Shown one piece after another: positions 1 to 25,634 of a DNA stretch of 64,000 bases; within the stretch, counting starts at the first letter, position 1, and each line of letters opens with the position of its first letter. The translations under genes were made by a program, and so were the position numbers. Below the pieces are notes generated by a model. That model had not been told where the DNA came from and did not search any database. It saw only the letters and a list, made by a program, of their open reading frames with translations. Source of the DNA: the human T2T-CHM13v2.0 reference genome, Homo sapiens; assembly GCF_009914755.1 (NCBI RefSeq), contig NC_060933.1; one strand, given 5' to 3'.

Positions 1-1140
1 GTATGGTACACAAAAAACAAAAAGCAAGAAATTAAATTATACCACCAGAGAAAATCACCTTCACTAAAAGGAGGACAGGAAGGAAGGAAAAGACCAGAAA
101 ATAAATAACAAAATGGAAGGAGTAAGTCCTTACATATCAACAATAACATTGGCTGTAAATGAACTAAACTCCCCCATTAAAAGACTTAGAGTGGCTGAAT
201 GGATAAAACAAAAAGACTCAAGGATTTGTTGCCTCCAAGAAGCAAACTTCACCCATAAAGACACACATAGACTGAAAATATCCCACGCCAATGGATACAA
301 AAAAAGAGCAAGAGTAGCTATACTTATATTAGAACAAATAGACTTCAAGAAAAAAACTACAAGAAGATACAAAGAAAGTCATTATATAATAATAAAAGAG
401 TCAACTCAGCAAGAGGATATAACAGTTGTAAATATATATGCACTCAACACTGGAGCATCCAGATACATAAAGCAAATATTTTTAGAGCTAATGAAAGACT
501 TAGACTCCAATACAATAATAGCTGGAGACTTTAACACCCCACTTTCAGCACTGGAAAGATATTCCAGACAGAAATTCATCAAGGAAACATCAGACTTAAT
601 CCACAGTATAGACCAAATGGACCTAGTAGATATTTACAGAACATTTCATCCAACAGCTACACAATACACATTCTTTTCCTCAGCATATGGATTATTCTCA
701 GGGATAGATCATATGTTCGGTCACAAAGCAAGTCTTCAAACATTCAAAAAACTGAAATAATATCAAGCATCTTCTCTGGCCACAGTGGAATAAAACTAGA
801 AATCAATAAAGGAGGAATTTTGGAAACTATACAAACACATGGAGATTAAACAATATGCTCCTGAATGACTAGTGAGTCAATGAAAACATTAAGAAAAACA
901 ATTGAAAAATTTCTTGAAACAAATGATCATGGAAACATAACATACCAAAACCTATGGGATACAGCAAAAGAGGTACTAAGAGGGAAGTTTATAGCTATAA
1001 GCTTCTGTATCAGAAAAGAGAAACACTTCACATAAACAGCCTGTTGATGCATGTAAAGAACTAGAAAAGTAAGAGCAAATCAAACCCAAAATTAGTAGAA
1101 GAAAAGAGATAATAAAGATCACAGCAGAGATAAATGAGTT
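1..1140 (+). mobile_element. L1 fragment (ORF2 endonuclease region), old L1M/L1PB-type
   Basis: ORF 113-760 carries APE-type EN motifs (ICCLQE, NIYA, IIAGDFNTPLS, DIYRTFHP, IDH). Confidence 0.92.
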
Positions 1141-1283
1141 AGATTGAAATTTACTGACATGGAAAGGGGAAAATAGCAACTAGTAAAAGTAAATACAATC
1201 CCATTTTTAAAAATTTACATATGTAGAATGGAATATTCACAGGAAGGTTGTAGAAGAAAATATGCAGAATTGAACTGTTAACA

Positions 1284-1665
<382 letters not shown>

Positions 1666-2181
1666 TGATTCCTAAAGGGCAGAAAGGAGGGTCATTAAAA
1701 TTAGATAACTGCCACCAACAAAGCGCTAGACAAGCTGATAGATAACCATCTTCTTCCGCTCTTTTAAATCAAAATTGACAATGTAGATTGTTTAATGGCC
1801 ACAAACTTTTCCCATGCCAGTTGGCACATACATTTGCAACAGCCCTCCCATGCAAAGGCAGAGTTTCTATTCACTCACTTGAGCCTGAGCTGGATTTGTG
1901 GCCAATAAAAGTGGCAAAAGTGACATGGTTTAAGTTTCTGAGCCTCCTCAGGCAGCCCCTGCAGCTTCAGCCTTCCTTCCATTTCCCATTTTTGCCTTAC
2001 CCAGCATTTACAAGGTCCAGCATGCAAGAAATGTTTACTTAGCCCAATTAAATTGAAGTAGTAGCCTTATTATCTTTACATTTTTCTCCCCAAATTCTAA
2101 AAACCTTGATATCTTTATCTTTAACGAACTATCATACCTGTTCAAAATTATAATCTCTTACTTTAAAAGTTACCAAAAATG

Positions 2182-2503
<322 letters not shown>

Positions 2504-2556
2504 TTACCAAAAATGGAGGCAAAGTGCTAAGCATTTATATTTAATAGAGCTCAGGA

Positions 2557-2868
2557 ATTTATTTATTTATTTATTTATTTTGAAACAAGGTCTTGCTCTG
2601 TCACCAAGGCTGGAGTGCAGAGGTGTGAACACGGGTCATGGCAGCTTCAGCTTCCTGGGCTCGTATGATCCCCCCACCTCAGCCTCCCGAGTAGCTGGTA
2701 CTACAGGCACTCACCACCATGGCTGGCTAATTTTTCTTTAATTTTTTGTAGAGATGAGGGGTGTCTCCATGTTGCCCAGTCTGGTCTAGAACTCCTATGC
2801 TCAAATGATCCTCTCGCCTCAGCCTCCCAAAGTGCTGGGATACAGGCATGAGCCACCATGCCCTGCCA
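2557..2868 (-). mobile_element. AluJ
   Basis: Alu consensus, (TTTA)n tail. Confidence 0.88.
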
Positions 2869-3690
2869 GAAATTCTTATTTAAAAAAAAAAAAAAAAAAA
2901 GCATGAAGAATAAGCAATCTGAAGCATTGTAGTTTTCTATGGCATTAGTACACTTAGGCCAGCATGATTGTATCTACAGGGAGAAAAAGGACATATTGCA
3001 CATGGATTCGTATCAAATTTCTCTAAAGTATTTTACAAAGTTGTATAGCATGGGAAAATCAAAAACCACAAAAGGAGAAAATGATTACTGCAAATAATGC
3101 AACTCATCATCAAGATAAGCAGAGATTAGAAGACAAACACTCTTATTTGGGCTGTAAACGCTATCTAAATGACATAGAGTAAGTATTTGTAAGTATTTAT
3201 AGTCTTAAAGTCCCATCTAGAACAACACAGGACCCAGGAAACCAAGTCACTGCTGTGTCAAGCTCAGGACAGAAATGGAAATGGTTCTGTGACTATGATC
3301 ATAGGACCAAGTTCACAATCAGGACCACCAGGAAAGCAAATGTATTTCAGGAAGACATTATTCAGAGATATCCGGATACTTCCCTTCTTTTTCCCCTTGC
3401 TGAGAATGAGCATTTAATATCAGGTCTGGTTCAAGAAGGAGGAGAACTGGATATTTGTCATCATTCCCTTAACAGAGGGCAAAGTTTTCAGTATAACTTC
3501 TTCTGGAATAGTAATATAATCCAAGAGTTTAAAGGATTTGTGGTCCATAAGGAATTGGGTTCTTTTTTTGACTCTGGCAAGACACTGTCTGAGGGTGTCA
3601 GTGGTGACTTTGCATCCCATTGAGGGAAACAAGGAAAGGGCAGAATTGGTTCTGTCGCTACATAGATACTCCTTCTCTGTGAAGTTCTGA

Positions 3691-4227
<537 letters not shown>

Positions 4228-4246
4228 TGATTATAAAAGCAAAATG

Positions 4247-4312
4247 GATCAGCAAAAAGCAAAAAGTAACAAGAGTGAAACTCCATCTCAAAAAAAAAAA
4301 AAAAAAAAAAAA
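4247..4312 (+). mobile_element. Ultra-truncated Alu 3' end with A tail
   Basis: AACAAGAGTGAAACTCCATCTC + A23; TSD AAAAGCAAAATG at 4235-4246 and 4309-4320. Confidence 0.8.
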
Positions 4313-4320
4313 GCAAAATG

Positions 4321-4628
4321 CCCCCACGTGGTAGATCATGCCTGTAATGCCAACAGTTTACGAGGCTAAGGCAGGAGGATTGCTTGAGGCCAGGAGTTCA
4401 AGACCAGGGCAACAGTTCAGCCTGGGCAACATAGCAAGACTCCCATCTCTGCAAAAAAAAAATAGCTGGAATGGTGGTACGCACCTCTAGTCCTAGCTAC
4501 TCAGGAGGATGAGGCAGGAGGATTTCAGGAACCCAAGAGTTTGAGGCTGCAGTGAGCTATAATCATGGCACTGCACACCAGCCTGGACAGCAAAGCAAGA
4601 CTCTGTCTCTAAAAGAATAAATAAATAA
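4321..4628 (+). mobile_element. AluJ
   Basis: Diverged Alu consensus. Confidence 0.85.
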
Positions 4629-4921
4629 GTACACCTTGGTTGTAGAGAACTGGGGAAATTCAAAAGGGTACACGGGAAAGGGAGAAAGAGTGGTCTCCCA
4701 CCACAGAGGGAGAGAGAGAGAAAGTGAATCACTGGTAATTCTACCTCTTCCAGATAACAACTGTCATTATTCTAGTGTATTTCCTTCTAGAAGCTCTCTT
4801 TTCAGTATTTCTTTGCCCACTTCTCATCGGTTCCCTGTCTTGCACTTTTAATGTCATGTTTTTAATAGAATTGATAGTTAAATATGTAAATGCTTTAATT
4901 GGGAGAAATTTTATTTTGTGA

Positions 4922-5165
4922 TGTTAAATGAAATGTATAGGAGGCCATTGGTTTGGACTGAGCTCCTGCACTAGACCTAATAGACCAAACCAAAATCGAG
5001 TCACTCGTGCTAAAGTTCCATACCACCAAGCTGAAACTAAGTTGTTTATCCTTCCTTCTAAGAAATTAGGACAGTGAAAGATAATAGCCAAATCCCCAAA
5101 CAAGCCAGTTTTAGTGGGCATGATAAGGATGTTTCTTCTGCTTTAACTTTACAAGGAAAGTCACT
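4922..5165 (+). mobile_element. ERV1 LTR fragment (MER34/MER39-like)
   Basis: Starts TGTTAAATGAAATGTATAGGAGGCCATTGGTTTGGACTGAGCTCCTGCACTAG. Confidence 0.6.
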
Positions 5166-5169
5166 TTAT

Positions 5170-5315
<146 letters not shown>

Positions 5316-5358
5316 CACGAGAGGTCTCGCCAAGGCTGGTGTATTTATATATATATAG

Positions 5359-5845
<487 letters not shown>

Positions 5846-7151
5846 CCAGTCAATATATGTTCTACATACATTGTGACTTAAACCCACAGACATATATAAT
5901 ACTGTCTTGTTTTCTAACTATGTGATATGGGTACATATGTTGAATCTCCTAAGACTGTAAGCACTAAATCTTTGTACTTCCTTCCTTTGTATCCCAGGGC
6001 ACTGAGCATTGCTAACTCCTGGTAGGTACTCAGAAAATACTATTCAGGTACCTGAAAAAGTAAGAAATATTAAAGGAAATAAAGAGATAGTTAAAACACT
6101 TGGCCAAGTTGGTTTTTTAAAAAAACTCAATATAATCTGGTGCCTAGAAAATATTTACTGGCCCAAGATTACAGTTTAAAGGCTATAGAAGCCTGTACAT
6201 CTGTCTCCTTTGATCCTAATTATTATCAGAAACAGGCCATTATCAACAAAGAAGCACAAAGGTTAGTCACCAGTGTGTTGTTTTAACACTTGCCATAAAA
6301 TATCTCTGAGAGTTCATCCAGGGAAATGCTGAAAAAGCAGTTTACTAACTCTACCATCCACCCTTCCCCCAGGTAATCTTGTCTGAATCAAAGTGTGAGC
6401 AGGTTTGTTTAAGCTGAGGACTTAAAGGGGAGGAAAAAGAACAGGTAAATTTTAAATTTTATGAGAAATGTGTACCTTCAAAATGAATGTGCATGCTATC
6501 TCTATATTGAGACATCTTCTGATTTAATGGAATACATTCTTAGGAAAAACTACCCACTTATTTAAACTGTTATATGTAAGTTAAAATATATTGGTTTTAA
6601 CCTAGAAATTGAGACTGAATTCTTATCCCATTTGGCCCTATTTGGTACAGAATGATCTACAAAATAAAATATTCAGTAAAATAAGCAAAGAACAGAATAT
6701 ATGCATGGTATTGTAATTCTACCATTCATGCTTTTGAAATGAGAGAGGGAATTTTATACACACACACCTTGAATATTTTACTACATTCATGTATTATCTT
6801 CAGATATGTTGTTTTTTATTTTTTATTGTAAAACTAAAACACAGATCCAGAAAAATCCCATAATTCTAATTAATGTCTTAGTGAATTATTGCCAGGTAAA
6901 CACTCTTGTAACTATCTACCAGGCCGAGAAATAAAACTGCCAGCCACCCAGAGGCCTCTCTCCATGTGCCACATCTCAATCACTGTCTTGTCCATCCCTC
7001 AAAAAGTAACCATGATCTTGACTTTTATAGAAATAATTTCCTTCCACTATTCAGACTTTTATACCTTCCTTGCATTTCTTTATGATTATATCAACAAAGT
7101 ATACACTCCTCGCTTCTGGAATTAGTCTTGACTATTTTTTTTTTAAACTGG

Positions 7152-7518
<367 letters not shown>

Positions 7519-7849
7519 CTATTGAATAACCCAAGCCATTTGGCCTATAGAGATTCTCTCCAGTATGGATTTTGCTGATTGCACATTTGGGGAATAGTGC
7601 AATACGTTCCTCCTACCTCTCTTCCTGCAAGTTGACAACTGAATCCAGAGGCTTCATCAGACAAGTTCAGTCTGTTTGGCAGGATCTAGTGGGTGATCTG
7701 TTCTTTCATCAGATGGCACTTAATGTCTGGTTTCTGTTCCTTATCATTAGCAACAACATTTGATGCTTAGTACCTAGATTCATTAATTTATAGGTGGCTT
7801 GTAATAGGAAATTCTAATACTGTTATTTAATTTTCATTAGCTGAAATAA

Positions 7850-9602
<1,753 letters not shown>

Positions 9603-9659
9603 CTATTTCCCCAGTTTTTAAGATAACATATGGTTCTCTGTCATCCTTAGAAGAACAAC

Positions 9660-9842
9660 TTTGTTTGCTTGTTTGCTTGTTTTTAGAGATGGAGTCAGCT
9701 ATATTGCCCAGGCGGGAGTGCAATGGCTATTTACAGGCACCATCATAGCACACTACAGCCCCAAACCCCTGGGCTCAAAGAATCCTCCTTCCTCAACCTC
9801 CTGAATAGCTGGGACTATAGGCGCTGGCCACCGTGCCCAGCT
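9660..9842 (-). mobile_element. FAM/FLAM Alu monomer
   Basis: GGCTATTTACAGGCACCATCATAGCACACTACAGCC, 7SL-like monomer signature. Confidence 0.75.
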
Positions 9843-9899
9843 GTTTGTTTTAAATATTATTGTGAACTCATAGATTAAAGCATATCTGAAGGGTTTCGG

Positions 9900-10394
9900 A
9901 CTGTGAGAGTCAGTTTCCAAGACGGTCCCCAGTGACCCCTGTCTTATAATATTCACAGTTATAGAGTTCCCTCCCACATTGTACAAGCATTGGTCTGTAT
10001 AACCAGTAAAATATAGCAGAAATGATGGCGTGTCACTTCTGAGATTAGGTGCGCACTCGCTGGACAACTCCCACTTTCTCTGTATACCCACTCTGCGGGG
10101 AACCATGTTATAAACAGCCATGTGAAGAAGCACACATCATAAGGAACCAAAGTCTCCTGCCAAAAGCTACATAAGTGAGTTTGAAAGCAGATCTTTCAGA
10201 CCCAGATTCAGATTAATGTATCCCCAGCTGGCAGCCTAACTACAGTGTCATTAGAGACCTTGAGACAGAACCACCAGTTAAGCTGCTCCTAGGTTCCTGA
10301 TTCTCAGAAACTGTGTAATACAATAAACGTGTTGTTGGCTTTAAGCAAAGCCCTGTGGTAATTTGTTATACAGCAATAGATAACTAATTGACAG
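9900..10394 (+). mobile_element. MLT1 (ERVL-MaLR) LTR
   Basis: Ends GGTAATTTGTTATACAGCAATAGATAACTAA; typical MLT1F-like body. Confidence 0.75.
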
Positions 10395-11399
10395 TCTGTT
10401 GCAATTCTCATTGTTATTGAAATGTGATTTGTCCCATCTCTGGTCAGTGGGAGCCTTTTCAAATTGTCTTCTGAGGCTGGGCGAGGTGGCTGGCCCTGGA
10501 GGCTCAGTGGTACTGAGGTCTCAGGAATACAACCTGATGGTGCCTCTTGCCATCCCGAATGGCAGAGCAACTCCCCTCAAGGGAGCATGGAGAGAGTCAC
10601 TGTGGCAAGGACTTCTCAGAGGTCAAAGAATATGGCGCCATGACATTGACACAGTCAAGAGCTCAGTTCTCAGCAATAAAGGACAAGCGAGGTCAACAGG
10701 TCACCAGCCTTAGGGTCTTACCAGAAGACCTGGCCTGGTTCTGGATGCCAGTGACAAAGAGGGCTGCCCCAGGACCCAGAGAGCTGGAGAAGTGCGTGGG
10801 GCTGAGCACAAGGGTCTGAGGTGGGGTTGGATGCAGGCTGGGAGTGAACAGATTCCGCAATGGGGGCAAGATGGTGCCCCATGGAGAATCTGGGGAGGTG
10901 GCCCTGCCTGGACTTCCCTCCAGTTTCCTTGCAATCTATTCAAATTCTGGTAGTCTCTGTGTCACCAGGTTAGGGGAGGAGCGGTGTAACGGAGACAAAG
11001 GGACCTGGAGACAGGAGGGCCCCACTAGGCCAACATGGATAAGAAGAGCAGGAGGCAGCCGCTGGGCGGCAGGATACCCTGGAAGGCGGCTGGGTCAGCA
11101 CTGGTAAGTGCAGGCAGTGAGGAAAACACACCTGTTGGGTGTCTGAGCCACGGCTCAGGTAAGCTCCCATGGTCAGGTCTGGGGTCTTCTGCTGCCCAGC
11201 CCTGGCCCACCCTTAGCTTGCAAAGCCAGAGCCTCCAGGCTCTCAGATTCCACTCCAGGGTGCAGGAGGAGCTGGCCACCTGTTGGCCCCTTTGAGTCTC
11301 TCCTGTTCTCAGTCCACCTGACACCCCATTGCTTCCTTCTGCTGTGTCCCAAATAGATGATAATAACATTTAGCCTGTGATCGTTGGTGATTGTAGTTT

Positions 11400-12100
11400 A
11401 TAGGCACTTTTTGGTTGGTTGCAGGGGTTGGGGAGCAGAGAAGTAAAATATGTGTGTAGACTAGCATTTCCATTCAGCAGAGGAACATGGTACCTCTTAC
11501 TCATAGTAAACAAACATATGCTCTGTGATCCAGCAATGCCATTCCTGGATCTAGAGTCCAAATAAATTCTCACACTAGATCTATGAAGAGACAGTATGAG
11601 GAAGTTCATCATAGTTTGTAGTACAGGGAATTGGAGGTAATATTAATTTCTATCACTGGAGGTGTAAATAGGTACAATGAATGAATTCACACCGTGGAGT
11701 GTATACATTATGTAGCAATTCAAAATAATAGATCTATACCACAGCAATATATATAGATCCTAAAATCCTTAATGTTTAGTGAAAAAGGTAAAAAGCAGAT
11801 TAAGATCCATAACATATGAACATATTTATACAAATTGTACAATACCTGTTAAAAAAACAAAGCTACAGATTTTACAAAACCACATACATGAAGAGGATGC
11901 ACATTAACCACATTAGAATGGTTGCTGTGGGAATAAGAAGGAATGACAATAGAGAATAAAGATAAAGAGGATTATATAAACAAATGAACAAAAAGATACA
12001 CAAATAAAAACAAGAAGATAAATTGCAAAGATCAAGAAGATAAATTGCAAAGATCAAGAAGATAAATTGCAAAGATCAATGAACATGAAGTGCCCTAAAC
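11400..12100 (+). mobile_element. L1ME-type 3' fragment
   Basis: TGTGATCCAGCAATGCCATTCCTGG etc. Confidence 0.55.
12011..12079 (+). repeat. Perfect 22-bp tandem repeat x3
   Basis: CAAGAAGATAAATTGCAAAGAT three times. Confidence 0.95.
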
Positions 12101-12516
12101 TCAGAAGTAGTTAACTCACTTGTCCACATCTGAGTTCCTACTTTAAATATTTTTCCTTAAAACTTAACTTTTTGGAATATCTCTAACTGCAAAGTGAAAA
12201 TTATCTTCCCTGTCCTATTAGCATCTTCTCTATTTATTTTCCATTTTCTGACTTCCTTTTTCAGCAGTGTTTTCAATCTTATAACATTTTATTCATCTGA
12301 CTCATTCATTCATTTATTCAATAAGTGCTTAAGTGTTTACTCAAATATTAAGTGTACATAAAGTATTATTCTGGGGACTAAGAGGATATGAAGGAAAAGT
12401 CTTATGATCCCTATTTCTGGGAACCTACAATGTAACGGTGGATGCAAAGCATTAACCCAGGAAACATTTCAAAATCGTCCGAGGCAGCATTGATTCCATG
12501 TCTAAAAAAAGTGGAT

Positions 12517-13288
<772 letters not shown>

Positions 13289-14196
13289 TTAGGATTCATG
13301 CAACCTTTAGCACATTCCTAACCTTCTTGAATGTCAGTATCCATCCCTGCCAAGCAGGAACAACAATTCTCATTTCACAAAACAACACCTTCACCTCATG
13401 TGGGGCTCATGTGTTGCAGAATATTTTGTCATAAAATGTTCTATTTTTACCTTTCATTTCTGAGCCTCACATTAAAAGATGGATTATCATTTACACACTT
13501 TCTTAAAATTCCAGAGGTTTATAAGTAACATTAGCAGGATCTCTGTGTTCCCTCAGCCTTGTTTGTCTTCCCAACTATGCTCATTTCTAAAAACTTCAAT
13601 GCTCTTTTGAATTGCGAGTAAGTACTCTTCTGCAGACCAAGGGTATGAAAAAAAGGGGAAGGACAAATTAATGGGTATACATAACTTGGAGGCACTAAAA
13701 AGTCATCAAATGATTATTATGTTTTCTTTAAATGGTTGTTATGAATAGCAATTATTATACTACACCATCAGTTCTTCATAAATGCATCTCAAAGAAAAAA
13801 AAAAACTCACCCAGGACAGAGGAATGGCAGATTTATTGTATTTAGATAAATTTCTGTCTAGCATCCTGTGAACAGGAGCTTGAGATGATATTGTAAATAC
13901 ATGGCTTCTCTTAGGACATACCGTGGCGTTCCACGCCACCAATAGGGTGAAGTGGATTGTGCATTTCCTGCCAAGCAGCCAATGAGAGTCAAAACTGGGT
14001 CTAAAATACTGTGCTGTAAAAAGAACTTAAGAGCTAGTTGTCAGTTGTGTTTATTATGCTATAAACTTTTAAACATCACTTTCCTGATCGCCCTTAGATT
14101 GCTAGTTTAGAAGTAGATTGATGATTCAGAGTTCTTATCATCCTTCCTGAGATATTCACCATGAATTGCCAAGTTATTTTTAAGAAATCAATGTGT

Positions 14197-14546
<350 letters not shown>

Positions 14547-14729
14547 CTACCTCACTTCCCCTCATCAAAGAAAACAAATTTTAACTATTTTAGTGTTGTA
14601 AAACTATTCTAAGTAATTCAGCTAGTTCCTCTCTCTACACCCACATACTGCTTTTGTCTGTAAAATACAACAAGTGTTCTGGGTCAGTTTCCAATGTTCT
14701 ATGCAGTGCCTAAAATGGTGGGCACTAGA

Positions 14730-23930
<9,201 letters not shown>

Positions 23931-24012
23931 ATGGGGGTACTTTATACATGTAACTATGTTCTCATTTCTTTTTGTTGGGCTACGTCAATTAGCTAAAAAG
24001 TTTGAGAAAAGT

Positions 24013-24040
24013 CACACACACACACACACACACACACACA
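24013..24040 (+). repeat. (CA)14 microsatellite
   Basis: Direct. Confidence 0.95.
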
Positions 24041-24117
24041 GGAGCTTTAAGTCAACCTCATTGTTCAACGTTATAAGTGTCTGGCACATTGTAGGCACTG
24101 AATAATCAGTTTCCATT

Positions 24118-24425
24118 ACAGTTGTCCCTCCAAATCTACAAGGGATAAGTTACAGGAACTCCCACGGATACCAAAATCCTTTTATGTTAAGGTCCCCTAT
24201 ATAAAATGGCATTGTGTTTACATAAAATCCATGCACATTTGCCCATATACTTTAAATTATCTCTAGATTACTTATAATACTTAATACAATGTAAGTGCTA
24301 TGTAGTAGTTGTTATACTGTGTTATCTGTACTATTTTTTGTCTTATTTTTTCTTTTTTTAACATTTTCAATCTGTGATTGGTTGAATCTATGAACAAGGA
24401 TCCTGTGGATACGGAGGGCCAATTT
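24118..24425. mobile_element. MER2 (Tigger-family MITE)
   Basis: CAGTTGTCCCTCC...GGATACGGAGGGCCAA terminal inverted repeats. Confidence 0.75.
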
Positions 24426-24523
24426 AATTATTCAGTTATCTAAAGGTTGGTGTCTACATAAGCACATGAAAAAAAGCAAAAAAATAAAATTTTCTGGAAA
24501 GGGAGTTTTCAATCTAGATTTTA

Positions 24524-24892
<369 letters not shown>

Positions 24893-25029
24893 TTATGTAG
24901 TTCCTGGGGATAAGCTTGGGAAGTACACTCTAGACTTGGATTGCAACTTTCAGGGAAAGATTATATATTATCTCCATAATATGGCAAAGATCAATATTAA
25001 CTATTTTGAGTGCAATATTACTCTTCTGC

Positions 25030-25337
<308 letters not shown>

Positions 25338-25584
25338 GTTTTTTTTTTTCAATTACAAACATTATAAGGTGACTAGTGTTATAGCATAATAAACACACAT
25401 GAACAGATGATCGTGGTGCATGTTTAACTGAATCAGAGTCAATTAATGATAGCCACACTCACAGTGTTACAAGGTAATTAGACAGAGAGGATAATAAAAT
25501 GTAAATGCCTGAAACCTCTGTTACTTTTACATGGTCGAATCAGATATCGCTCTTCATACTTTAATTTTTGTAATAGCTGCAGGT

Positions 25585-25634
25585 CCCCCTCTGTGAGAAA
25601 CACCCAAGAATTATCAATAAAAAAATAAAAAAAA
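25585..25634 (+). mobile_element. Ultra-5'-truncated SVA (SINE-R 3' terminus + A tail)
   Basis: CCCCCTCTGTGAGAAACACCCAAGAATTATCAATAAAAAAATAAAAAAAA matches the SVA 3' end; 13-bp TSD AATAGCTGCAGGT at 25572-25584 and 25635-25647. Confidence 0.88.

Noticed and set aside
113-760. 215-aa ORF as a functional gene
   Set aside because: Degenerate L1 ORF2 endonuclease fragment with deletions and downstream stops.
12011-12079. CRISPR-like repeat array
   Set aside because: Contiguous tandem repeat without spacers, in eukaryotic DNA.
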